Shown in pieces: positions 28,620 through 37,251 of a DNA stretch of 64,000 nt (its first letter is position 1; every line of letters starts with the position of its first letter). Position numbers and translations under genes: made by a program. Source of the stretch: Alphaproteobacteria bacterium UBA6411. Its GTDB lineage: Bacteria; Pseudomonadota; Alphaproteobacteria; CAAGCB01; CAG-977. Under the pieces are notes generated by a model. That model searched no databases. It saw nothing but the letters and a program-made list of their open reading frames with translations, and was not told where the DNA came from. The stretch covers positions 61,684 through 125,683 of the forward strand of contig DJPN01000021.1 of the NCBI GenBank assembly GCA_002438565.1. Reading direction: 5' to 3'.

Positions 28620-29828
28620 ATGAAAAATTATTTTGAAAAACTTGAACGCAGAGTTCAAAAATATAAAACAAAATATGCAAATCGCCCGCGCAAAGCCGCA
28701 TTCAAACTCGCCTTGTGGAATACATTGTGCGTGTTTAAACGGCACAAACGTCAAGATATCGTTGATTTACAAAGCATAACAAAACCTGTCAACAAAATTG
28801 CACTTGCAATTAACGGCGGCATAGGCGATTACATCACAGCAATAAATTATGCTGCATACCTTTATAATTTTTTAAACAAACAAACACCGATAGATATTTT
28901 TGTAAAAAATCCCAAAAGCATGAAAACTCTTTTCAGCAAATCTGTCAATTTTGATTTTTTTGAACGGGATTCCATTCATGAAAAAAAGGAATATCCGCTT
29001 AAACTGAATTTGAATAGATTTCCAGAGATACTATACTGCAATGAAACCGCCCTGCATGAAATGATGCCGAATGTTATTCCTTTGCTCAACGCTTGGGAAA
29101 AAATTAAAAAAGAAGCGGGGTTGTATTTTGAAATTGACCCCCGCGCAGACGCCTTAACCGTGCAGTACGCGCAAGTTAACGGTGCCAAAAAAAGAATACA
29201 GCAACCGGATATTGACGGAATATTAGGTGTTAAGGAAGAACACCTTATAAAACTTTATCCCGAAAGTACAACGGAAGTTTTAGAAAAATTCGGATTAAAC
29301 GATTGCGTTTTTATCACAATGAACCGCGGAACGGATACAGGCAACAAAGATAACGAAGTTACGCGTATGTGGCCCTTGGAAAATTATGCAAAACTTGTAA
29401 AATTGATAAAAAACAAATATCCTCGATGCAAAATCGTGCAGTTGGGATATTCCCCCGAATGGTGCAGGCTCATAGACGGCATTGATATTGATTTGCGCGG
29501 AAAAACAACGCTTTTTGAACTGAAGTCCCTGCTTTTTGCATCCGCCTTGCACATAGATTACGAAGGAGGAATGGTTCATTTACGAAAAGCGTTAGGGGTG
29601 GGAAAATCCATAGTCCTGTTTGGTCCGACAAACCCTAACTGGCTAGGATATGATACAAATATCAATATCTGCACAAACAAATGCTGTTTTTGTGAAAATC
29701 TCACTCCGAATTGGCAAAAATATTGCTCGAATCATAAATTTCCACACATTTGCATGGAAAGCATAACTCCTGAAATGGTATTCAATAAAGTCAACGCAGT
29801 TTTATCTTCTGTAAAAAGCCGAGTGTAA
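28620..29828 (+). CDS. Second, paralogous GT9-like glycosyltransferase; AT-rich codon usage
   Basis: N-terminus MKNYFEKLERRVQKYKTKYANRPRKAAFKLALW parallels the N-terminus of the upstream gene; noticeably lower GC. Confidence 0.65.
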   Translation: MKNYFEKLERRVQKYKTKYANRPRKAAFKLALWNTLCVFKRHKRQDIVDLQSITKPVNKIALAINGGIGDYITAINYAAYLYNFLNKQTPIDIFVKNPKSMKTLFSKSVNFDFFERDSIHEKKEYPLKLNLNRFPEILYCNETALHEMMPNVIPLLNAWEKIKKEAGLYFEIDPRADALTVQYAQVNGAKKRIQQPDIDGILGVKEEHLIKLYPESTTEVLEKFGLNDCVFITMNRGTDTGNKDNEVTRMWPLENYAKLVKLIKNKYPRCKIVQLGYSPEWCRLIDGIDIDLRGKTTLFELKSLLFASALHIDYEGGMVHLRKALGVGKSIVLFGPTNPNWLGYDTNINICTNKCCFCENLTPNWQKYCSNHKFPHICMESITPEMVFNKVNAVLSSVKSRV

Positions 29829-29842
29829 AACACTCGGCTTTT
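29812..29842. terminator. Bidirectional rho-independent terminator (agccgagtg-taaaa-cactcggct flanked by A- and T-runs)
   Basis: Perfect 9-bp stem with a 5-nt loop between convergent genes. Confidence 0.6.
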
Positions 29843-29849
29843 CCCTGTT

Positions 29850-30206
29850 TCAGTATGGATATTTCAGACGAATTTCCGCTTTTGTGTTCAGCCACAGCGT
29901 TTTCTTTTCATCCGCATCCGGACTGTTTGTCGCAACCGCTTCATCATAGTCGAATTTCAACGGATCGGCGAATGTGCAAAAAGCTTGCTGTCTGTTTTTG
30001 CGGGCGGTTTCCCTCGCGATTTCAAGCGGAACGGACGGCAACGCGCTTTTCGCATAATATCCGCCGTCATATCCGACAACGATTTCTTCATCGGTTTGCG
30101 ACACGGTGAAATCGTTTAATCCGATAATTTTGCAGTTTTCGGTCAATTCCGCTTCCGTTTTGTTAAAAGCGACGATTTTCCCGTTTTTGGTTGCTGTATG
30201 CATCAG
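29850..30206 (-). CDS. Small protein (~118 aa from MHTATKNG) translationally coupled to the tail-fibre gene; possible tail-fibre chaperone/assembly factor
   Basis: TGATG stop/start overlap with the upstream tail-fibre gene; the longer ORF-track version (start 30380) overlaps the fibre gene and is unlikely. Confidence 0.4.
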   Translation of the reverse strand: MMHTATKNGKIVAFNKTEAELTENCKIIGLNDFTVSQTDEEIVVGYDGGYYAKSALPSVPLEIARETARKNRQQAFCTFADPLKFDYDEAVATNSPDADEKKTLWLNTKAEIRLKYPY

Positions 30207-31072
30207 TTGTTTTCCCCTTGTGCGTAAATAAATCTGAACACGTTTGTTTTGCCCTGCAGGCTGTAGCCGATTGCAACGGAACTTCCTTTTCGCGCAGGCA
30301 AAGCCACAGAGAGCTCGTATCCCGCATGCGACGATACGATGTTGTATCCCAAATTCGACATGTCTTTGATACACACCCATTCACCGGCGTATTTGGCGTC
30401 TTTTGCCAACACGAACCACCCGTCCGCGGGTGCCGTGTAAAAATGCCCGCTTTCCTGCAATGTCAAATCAACGTATTTACCGCTCGGCATGCTTAAATTT
30501 GAAACAACGGATTTCCCCTCTGCTGTCAAATTGCCCAAATCCGCATTTGCTTTTGTTTCCAGCATCGCCGCCGTATTGACCTCCGATGACGCGGCGTTCG
30601 CTGCAGACGCTGTTGCGGCGGCCGCTTTCTCGACAGCCGTTTGGGCGGCCGCAGTGCAATCGGAAACCGCTTTTCTAATGCTGGGAATCAAGCTGTCCGC
30701 CGCCGTGTCGTCGAAAATATCCACTGTTACGGCGCGCGCGGATTTTTCCGCCAGCTGTTGCACCTGCATCGTCAGCTTGTCAAAGTTGCGTTCCAGCGTT
30801 TCGGCGTGCAAAATCTCGTTGTCGCGGTAGTCCGTTTCCTGCGTCAAAGGCACTTCGCGCACAATCGCGATTTCCGCCCCGTTTTCGGGAGCGTCCGCAA
30901 ACACCAGATTGCCGCCTTTGACCGTCCAGTCCGTCCGTTCCGTCTGTATGTCGTTCTTTTTCTGCCTGACTTTGATATGCTCCTTTTCCAAAAAGGAAAA
31001 CGGGATTGCAAACTCTTTCGCAACCCCGTTTCCGATATAAATCACCTTGTTTGTTTGACTGCTTACCGTCAT
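30203..31072 (-). CDS. Phage T7-type tail-fibre protein (N-terminal Phage_T7_tail-like domain, Ala-rich shaft, C-terminal tip), 289 aa
   Basis: KVIYIGNGVAKEFAIPFSFLEKEHIKV and DNEILHAETLERNFDKLTMQVQQLAEKSA resemble the T7 gp17 N-terminal region as recalled from memory; gagagga RBS 7 nt upstream. Confidence 0.6.
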   Translation of the reverse strand: MTVSSQTNKVIYIGNGVAKEFAIPFSFLEKEHIKVRQKKNDIQTERTDWTVKGGNLVFADAPENGAEIAIVREVPLTQETDYRDNEILHAETLERNFDKLTMQVQQLAEKSARAVTVDIFDDTAADSLIPSIRKAVSDCTAAAQTAVEKAAAATASAANAASSEVNTAAMLETKANADLGNLTAEGKSVVSNLSMPSGKYVDLTLQESGHFYTAPADGWFVLAKDAKYAGEWVCIKDMSNLGYNIVSSHAGYELSVALPARKGSSVAIGYSLQGKTNVFRFIYAQGENN

Positions 31073-31086
31073 TTTTTATCCTCTCA

Positions 31087-31112
31087 ATAAAAAAGCGGGG
31101 ATTTTCCCCGCC
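31087..31112 (-). terminator. Rho-independent terminator after the adenosine-deaminase gene (gcgggga-tttt-ccccgc plus T-run on the minus strand)
   Basis: Hairpin plus T-run read on the minus strand. Confidence 0.55.
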
Positions 31113-31182
31113 GTTCACAGTCAACGCACTTTCTCAATCTTACAGCATATTGTGATTATTTTTTCATGGATGTCAAGGCGCT

Positions 31183-33447
31183 TTACTTAAACCGGCAATC
31201 ATTTTGATTTTCTTCCTTGACAAAGCTTTGTTCCAGCGAGCTTTTGCGCAGGTATTCCACAAAATCGTACACTTCTTCCGCAGAAGCTCCGTTTTCCAAC
31301 AAAGTTTTGGCAATCACGGCATATTCCATCCCCAAACTGGTCTGGAACACCGCGCTGTCATCCGTGTTGACGCATACCGGCACATCGCAATCCGCCGCGG
31401 CCAAAGAATAAAGGCCGTGCCTGTTCAGCGCAAACAGCGGCAAATCCGCAAAGTTGTCTATCGGCGATATTTTCCGGTTTGACGACGGATTGGCTTCAAC
31501 GGCTATTCCTTTTTCCGCAATCAGCTTTTTCAGAAAAGACTGACATTCGGACAGAACTTTCAAATACGTTTCGTCAACGCGGATTTTAACCTCTTTGTTC
31601 CTTTGTTTTTTATATTTTTCATCGTAAAAATAGCACCAATTCAGCTTGCGCGCCGTTTCGCTTCGGACAGCTTCGCGATAAGCGGCATTTCCACCGTTTT
31701 GCCGCCAAACTTCGAGAGAATTCGGGGCGTCCCCTTCTTGATTGTACAGTTCGGGATCATCCGCCCTCAACCGCCATGAAGCCAGATAAGTGTCTATATC
31801 CACGGCGCAAAAATCGCCCCGTCCTTCAAAAATCACATTTCTGATTTCCGTAAAGCGGTTTGAAACCTCAAACGACAGCAAAGGGTCAGCCCCCTGTTTC
31901 CTCAGCATGAAAAACAGCCACGCCAGATTGTCCAGATATTCCCCCGCCGGTATGACGACACATTCCATTCGTGTTTGCGCCAGCTGCCGCGGGCATGCCC
32001 CCAAAGCCAATGCATGTCCCAATCTGTCCCCGCGCCGGAAATTAAAGAAATCAATCACTTCATAGATGGCGCGCAAACCGGAACACAGCGACGTGTACAC
32101 TTCCCCGACATGGTAAGTAAACGATAAATCCGCCTTTTCGGCGCGGCATCGTCTGAAATACGGCGCATACAATTCGGGCTTCACGCACAATTCATCCCCC
32201 GCCGCGTCAATGCCGACGACATATTGAGAATAGGAACTGTTCAGCAGTCCTAAAATTTTTCTTGATTGATTGTTTATATCGCTTGTTTGGTGTAAAAGCG
32301 TTTTTCCTTTTTTCTTTATAAAGTGAAATATATACCCGCAATTCGGTTTGTTTTCGCCGTAAACGGATGTCAGCGAAGCGTCCATTTCGCTTTGAATATA
32401 TTTGAACTTTCTTTTTGTTTGAGGTGCGATTCTGAATTCGATTTTTGAAACAATATTTTCTTCGCTATACTTTTCAGCTATGCTTTTGTAAAGTTCTCCT
32501 TTGCCGCTGAACAGCAAATCTTTTTTAGCTTGACACTTTTGGAATTTTTCAAACCCCATGCCTATATTGTCCTGTGTAAACATAAAGAATTTTTGCACAA
32601 AACCTGTCAGATACAGATTGAATAAATCTCTGAACAATGGCTGAAAATCGTCTGTTTTTAAAAAACAGTTTTTCAAAAATCGCCGCTCACATTCGTAAAT
32701 TTGTCCGTTTTTATTTTTTTCGTCCAAACAATGCTGCATCCAGCGAAAATTATCCATATATTGCGCAACATTTCCATAATCTTTCGCGTCAAGAATGTTC
32801 ATGATGTCTTTCCGCGATAAAAAATTTTCATTCATAATATAATATTCAAGATATATTCTCAGCATTTTTAATTTCAGAGAAAAAATATCATCAAATTCTT
32901 TTATTTTGCAATAAAATGGCTTTTTGTAAATAAACGCGTACCAATTCAGCTCCGTCGAATATCCCGAAGCGTTCAAATGCATGTGGTTTTCGGCAACACC
33001 TTTTTCTTTCAAAGTGCTGCACAGCCGATGATTGTCATGTCCCGGCAAAAAAGAAAGCGGCAAATCTTTGGACGGGAACGCTGCGATATAAATATCGGCG
33101 GGCGCAACATTGATAAAATCATTCCATTCCAATAAATTGTCAAAGTTGATTTCGAGCTTTCTCCCTTTCGGGATCAAGTATTTTTTTGCCGCTTTAACAA
33201 ACATCTCATCGGCAAAGAAATGTTGCTTATCCCCGATTTTTTCATTGATGATGTTGTCCAGCAAAGCTTCCGAATAATTGTTTGGAAACAGCCTCAAGTA
33301 CCGGTCTTTAACCGTTTGATACGTTTTTTCATCTTTTAAATCAAAAGCCTCGCCGTCCGTATAGTCCGCGGAAACAATCCGTTCGCACAGATTGTTAAAA
33401 TCCGCGTCCTTATACGCACAACGAATCAATCGCTCCAAGTTCCTCAT
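31183..33447 (-). CDS. Large divergent adenosine-deaminase-family protein (RADAR RdrB-like), 754 aa
   Basis: All four ADA-fold metal/catalytic motifs in order: NHMHLNAS (HxH), YHVGEVY (HAGE-like), DRLGHALALG (GH), CVNTDDSAV (SLNTDD); large insertions and a ~130-aa N-terminal extension; AT-rich. Confidence 0.7.
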   Translation of the reverse strand: MRNLERLIRCAYKDADFNNLCERIVSADYTDGEAFDLKDEKTYQTVKDRYLRLFPNNYSEALLDNIINEKIGDKQHFFADEMFVKAAKKYLIPKGRKLEINFDNLLEWNDFINVAPADIYIAAFPSKDLPLSFLPGHDNHRLCSTLKEKGVAENHMHLNASGYSTELNWYAFIYKKPFYCKIKEFDDIFSLKLKMLRIYLEYYIMNENFLSRKDIMNILDAKDYGNVAQYMDNFRWMQHCLDEKNKNGQIYECERRFLKNCFLKTDDFQPLFRDLFNLYLTGFVQKFFMFTQDNIGMGFEKFQKCQAKKDLLFSGKGELYKSIAEKYSEENIVSKIEFRIAPQTKRKFKYIQSEMDASLTSVYGENKPNCGYIFHFIKKKGKTLLHQTSDINNQSRKILGLLNSSYSQYVVGIDAAGDELCVKPELYAPYFRRCRAEKADLSFTYHVGEVYTSLCSGLRAIYEVIDFFNFRRGDRLGHALALGACPRQLAQTRMECVVIPAGEYLDNLAWLFFMLRKQGADPLLSFEVSNRFTEIRNVIFEGRGDFCAVDIDTYLASWRLRADDPELYNQEGDAPNSLEVWRQNGGNAAYREAVRSETARKLNWCYFYDEKYKKQRNKEVKIRVDETYLKVLSECQSFLKKLIAEKGIAVEANPSSNRKISPIDNFADLPLFALNRHGLYSLAAADCDVPVCVNTDDSAVFQTSLGMEYAVIAKTLLENGASAEEVYDFVEYLRKSSLEQSFVKEENQNDCRFK

Positions 33448-34076
33448 TGGTCTTCCGGCATAAACTGCGGGTATTTTTTCAGAAGTTCTGTCAAATCTTT
33501 ATAATACCAGCTTTTGTATGATTTTTTACCGACATTTTTCAAATGGTTTGAAATATTCTTCGCTTTTGAAGCATCATCGTCTAAAAGAGCTTTAGACATT
33601 TTGTTTGAAATATCTTTCCAATCTTCGAACGTGATATTTACCAAGAAGTTTCTTACTTTTTCTTCATCAGCACTAAGAATAGGATTATCAAGTTTCATAT
33701 TTTCAAGAATTCTAACATCATGTATATTAAATAATTCACTACAATTATCTTGGCAAAATTTCATTTTTGACAACATTTTTTTTAAACCGATCTCATATTG
33801 AGAATGATTTTTAGAATCTCCTTTCTCATCCAGCAACCAGTTAATTTTTTCATAAATTTTCTCAACAAAGCAACTTTTCTTATTATAAAATGTAACTCGC
33901 ATAAACACATCCACATCAAACAAAGAATAAAACAAATATCCGCCATTCTGAATGGCTTTCAACAGATAATTTTTCTTCAGAACAGCGCTCAACGGATCCG
34001 ACCTATAATTTATGTTATTATTATCATTCCATTCAGATTTTTCATCATTTTCAATAACTATTTGATCATGATACAT
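33444..34076 (-). CDS. Hypothetical 210-aa protein within the RADAR-like cassette (no TM segment, no known motif)
   Basis: ORF overlaps the upstream NTPase gene by 19 nt and the downstream deaminase gene by 4 nt; very AT-rich. Confidence 0.45.
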   Translation of the reverse strand: MYHDQIVIENDEKSEWNDNNNINYRSDPLSAVLKKNYLLKAIQNGGYLFYSLFDVDVFMRVTFYNKKSCFVEKIYEKINWLLDEKGDSKNHSQYEIGLKKMLSKMKFCQDNCSELFNIHDVRILENMKLDNPILSADEEKVRNFLVNITFEDWKDISNKMSKALLDDDASKAKNISNHLKNVGKKSYKSWYYKDLTELLKKYPQFMPEDQ

Positions 34077-35986
34077 ATGTTTTTAAAGCTTGAGAAATCT
34101 CTCTTTTCCGAAAAACTTTTAGGACGAGCTGATTTCCACGTTCTTTCATTCTTTATTCTTGAATAGCAAATTTGCTTTACAATTTGCTTCAAACCTTCAG
34201 CAGTTTTATGCGTTTTTAAAACAGAAACATGGTCAACAAGATTACTATCCTTTTGAGCATAAAAATAATCATCAGGCATAAATTTGCAATTTACAAGTTT
34301 ACTGTAAGCATTGTCAGGCAAACAATATTCGTCTCCATCACGTCCAATATCTTCATTAGATTTTATTAAATCTGCATTTGTACTTTCGTCTTTATTTTTT
34401 TCTTCATCTTTTTCATTTTTAACATTTTCTATATCATGCTTTTCATCATCCAAAAAATCATCTGCATCAACAGGAGCTTCTTTATTTTCAGTCAAATCAT
34501 CTTCTTTTAGAAGCATTAAATTGTTCAACAAAGAAATTGAGTAAAGCAATTTTATTAAATAGCAAAAATACATAACCTGTTCATCAAAAGGAATGCATCT
34601 CTTTACAACTCCCGTGAATTGAATTACATCACCCAACATAACATTGTACGGTTCCGTTCGTTCAATATAAATCAAATCGCCGTTATGGTATTTTTCAACC
34701 AGCACTCCGTATTCACTTTCACCTTGGGATGCATAGTAATCTCTAAGCAATTTATCCAATTTTGAGCACATGTAATAATTTTTATTTTCAACACTTGTTT
34801 TGATCCACTCATCTAAAACAGAATAATATTTATCGTCCAAATTAGCTTTTGCTCTGGAAAGTACATAATTTTGATAATTTTTCAAATTTTGTTGTAAGCT
34901 TTCTTTTAAAACACTTCCCTTTTCATCTCGCATTTCGGGCATTTCAACCAACATACGGACAAAGGCCAACATTTCGCGCAACCCGTTCGGATAAATCAAA
35001 TGCACGCGTTCCTTTTCATCTACAGGATCCAAAGGAAGTGCGACTTTGTCCCGAACCAGCTTTTCCATAAAATCATGAAAATTTGTTTTTTCGTATTCTT
35101 TTTGTTTTTCATCGGAAATTTTATTAACAAACGGCTTCAAAATATCCCATGAGGTTTCATTGAAAAATTCTTTCTGCCCCTTCAAGTAGATGCGGCGGGA
35201 AACGGGCATTTGTTTTTCATAAAATTGAATGGCTTGATCTCTGATTTCCGAAATTGAAATAATTTCTTTATCAATCAAATTTATATTCTGTTTTATGAAT
35301 TGATCTTGAATGATATTCAAAAGCTGAACTTCGCGAAATGACAGAATCACGATGCAGTTTTTATTCAGCCATTTTTGAATATCTTCAATCATGCGGTAAA
35401 CATATTTGTTCGACACCAAATCCAAATCGTCGATGCAAACAATCATTTTCGTATCTTTGTCTTTTCCGATTGCTTTGTAAAAGCTTGTTATCAATTCTTT
35501 TAATAATTCGTCAAAGCGGTAACGCTTTTGGATCGTCCGTACAATATCGGAAGGATGATTGTCTTCGTAAAAACGTTCCTTGTTTGATTTGATATGTGAA
35601 ATCACTTCCATGATTTCATTCAATTTTTTATGGAATTCAGCAAATTCACCACTACCGTTTTCTTTAGACTTTTCAACCTGTTGAGCCAAAACACTGATGA
35701 AAAATTCCGGAATCAACAAAGTATCGTCAAAAATGCTGGGATCTATCGTATCAGTTACATAAAAGTTTTTATTTTCATCAAAATGTTTTTGAACAGCTTT
35801 AATCAAGGATGTTTTGCCGCATCCGCGATTGCCGACAATGCTGATGACATTGCTGCTGTTCTTTTCAAAATCATATCCTTTGCAAAGCTTTTCAATCCGC
35901 TCTATTTCATCTTTGAAAATATCTTCGGTTTCGCCCAACGGCCCCGTGATTTTTTCCCAATCGAATTGAACAGCATTTTCAGCCAT
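34058..35986 (-). CDS. P-loop NTPase (RADAR RdrA-like/KAP-like), ~642 aa, with an acidic low-complexity C-terminal region
   Basis: Walker A GNRGCGKTSL; Walker B IVCIDDLDLV (DDLD as in KAP NTPases); start assigned to the MAENAV ATG (gaaagg RBS 9 nt upstream) rather than the ORF-track start, which overlaps a terminator. Confidence 0.65.
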   Translation of the reverse strand: MAENAVQFDWEKITGPLGETEDIFKDEIERIEKLCKGYDFEKNSSNVISIVGNRGCGKTSLIKAVQKHFDENKNFYVTDTIDPSIFDDTLLIPEFFISVLAQQVEKSKENGSGEFAEFHKKLNEIMEVISHIKSNKERFYEDNHPSDIVRTIQKRYRFDELLKELITSFYKAIGKDKDTKMIVCIDDLDLVSNKYVYRMIEDIQKWLNKNCIVILSFREVQLLNIIQDQFIKQNINLIDKEIISISEIRDQAIQFYEKQMPVSRRIYLKGQKEFFNETSWDILKPFVNKISDEKQKEYEKTNFHDFMEKLVRDKVALPLDPVDEKERVHLIYPNGLREMLAFVRMLVEMPEMRDEKGSVLKESLQQNLKNYQNYVLSRAKANLDDKYYSVLDEWIKTSVENKNYYMCSKLDKLLRDYYASQGESEYGVLVEKYHNGDLIYIERTEPYNVMLGDVIQFTGVVKRCIPFDEQVMYFCYLIKLLYSISLLNNLMLLKEDDLTENKEAPVDADDFLDDEKHDIENVKNEKDEEKNKDESTNADLIKSNEDIGRDGDEYCLPDNAYSKLVNCKFMPDDYFYAQKDSNLVDHVSVLKTHKTAEGLKQIVKQICYSRIKNERTWKSARPKSFSEKRDFSSFKNICIMIK

Positions 35987-36043
35987 TATCATCATCCTTT
36001 CGTTGATATGCAACTTATCGGATGATGATAAGACGTTTTGTCG

Positions 36044-36065
36044 CCATTGACTATATAGGCAATGG
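36044..36065. promoter_or_regulatory. Inverted repeat CCATTG-N10-CAATGG surrounding a TATATA -10-like element, 58-80 bp upstream of the NTPase start
   Basis: Perfect 6-bp arms; positioned in the only intergenic space that can hold the cassette promoter. Confidence 0.35.
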
Positions 36066-36093
36066 TTGTACGCCTTTCGGCTATATTGGCGCA

Positions 36094-36130
36094 CAAAAAA
36101 AACGCGGGCAAACAAAACCCGCGCTTTTTA
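36094..36130. terminator. Bidirectional rho-independent terminator (cgcgggcaaacaaaacccgcg flanked by A8 and T5)
   Basis: Perfect 7-bp GC-rich stem between the PfkB kinase 3' end and the RADAR-like cassette. Confidence 0.6.
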
Positions 36131-36144
36131 TAACGAAAGCCTTC

Positions 36145-37167
36145 TTACGGGCGCATGCTGTCCAAGTAACCTTTCAGCTTTTCGGCCAAGCTGCTTTCGG
36201 GTCTGCCGCCCCAAATGTGGATGATTTCCGCCGCAGACAGCGCCGCCAGCTTGCCCGCCGCGGGCAGACTGAAGCCCTGCGCCAATCCGAACAGGAAACC
36301 GCCCGCGAACGCGTCGCCCGCGCCCGTACTGTCCACAACGGATTGATGGTTTTCGGATGCAATCGCCGCTACCCCTTCGTCCGAGAAAATGCACGCGCCT
36401 TTCGCCCCGCGCGTCATTGCCAAAATTTGATGACGGCTGTGCAGAATTTCCATAAAGGAATTTAAATCCGTGTTTTCCTTGTCAATATCGAAACAGCCGC
36501 GAATCTCGCGTTCGTTGCCGATAAGGATATCCGCCTGCGTGCGGATTGTTTCGATGACTTCCTGCACCGCCACCGCGCGGAAATTCAAGTCGTGCATGTT
36601 GAAAGCGACCTTGATGCCCGCCTGCTTTGCGGTTTCCAAAGCCAGCGTCACGGCGGCGCGGGCGCGGCGGGACACCAGCATTTGCCCGTCGATGAACAAA
36701 ATCTTGGACGCGCGAATCGTTTCGATGTCGATGTCGGCTTCGTCGATTTCCTCGCAAACGCCGAAGTTGAAAGCAAATGTGCGGTCGTGGTCGGGGGTCA
36801 CCAGCACCAGACAGCGCGCCGTCGCTTTGTCGATGTCGCGGTCGAACTGCACCAAAGGCACGCAGGATTTCACGCCATCCTTGTCAAAAGCGGCTTTGAA
36901 GTTGTCGCCCGTCGTGTCGTTGCAGGCTTTGCCGATGAAAGCCGCCTTGCCGCCCAAGGAAGCGACCGTCGCGACGGCGTTCGCCACCGTGCCGCCCGGA
37001 ATGACGCGGGAATCGGTCAGTTCGCGGCGAATGTCGCGCAAAACAGGAATGGGTAGGACGTTGCCCTGTCCTTTGATTAAGGAATAGCGTTCCAGAAAAT
37101 CTTCCGTAACATTGGCTACGACATCGACAAATGCTGTCCCGATTGCGGTGACGTCAAAATTGGTCAT
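36145..37167 (-). CDS. PfkB-family carbohydrate/nucleoside kinase (ribokinase/adenosine-kinase-like)
   Basis: N-terminal GG motif region and C-terminal DSTGAGDAFAGGF anion-hole motif. Confidence 0.8.
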   Translation of the reverse strand: MTNFDVTAIGTAFVDVVANVTEDFLERYSLIKGQGNVLPIPVLRDIRRELTDSRVIPGGTVANAVATVASLGGKAAFIGKACNDTTGDNFKAAFDKDGVKSCVPLVQFDRDIDKATARCLVLVTPDHDRTFAFNFGVCEEIDEADIDIETIRASKILFIDGQMLVSRRARAAVTLALETAKQAGIKVAFNMHDLNFRAVAVQEVIETIRTQADILIGNEREIRGCFDIDKENTDLNSFMEILHSRHQILAMTRGAKGACIFSDEGVAAIASENHQSVVDSTGAGDAFAGGFLFGLAQGFSLPAAGKLAALSAAEIIHIWGGRPESSLAEKLKGYLDSMRP

Positions 37168-37251
37168 AAGGAAACTCCGTTTGATTCGCGTTATCGGGAT
37201 TTCTTTATACAGTCCCCCGATACAAAAGGCGAGTCAAAAAACGAAAAAGTT

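Noticed and set aside
29850-30380. 176-aa version of the gene downstream of the tail fibre
   Set aside because: Its first 58 codons overlap the tail-fibre gene out of frame; an internal ATG at 30206 overlapping the fibre stop (TGATG) is the more plausible start.
34058-36115. 685-aa version of the NTPase starting at 36115
   Set aside because: Its first ~40 codons run through the bidirectional terminator 36094-36130 and the promoter palindrome; the ATG at 35986 with a gaaagg RBS is preferred.
36145-37167. PfkB (possibly adenosine) kinase as a fourth component of the adenosine-deaminase system
   Set aside because: Its GC content matches the core genome, it is on the far side of a strong bidirectional terminator, and it is contiguous with clpA/clpS; the adjacency is probably coincidental.
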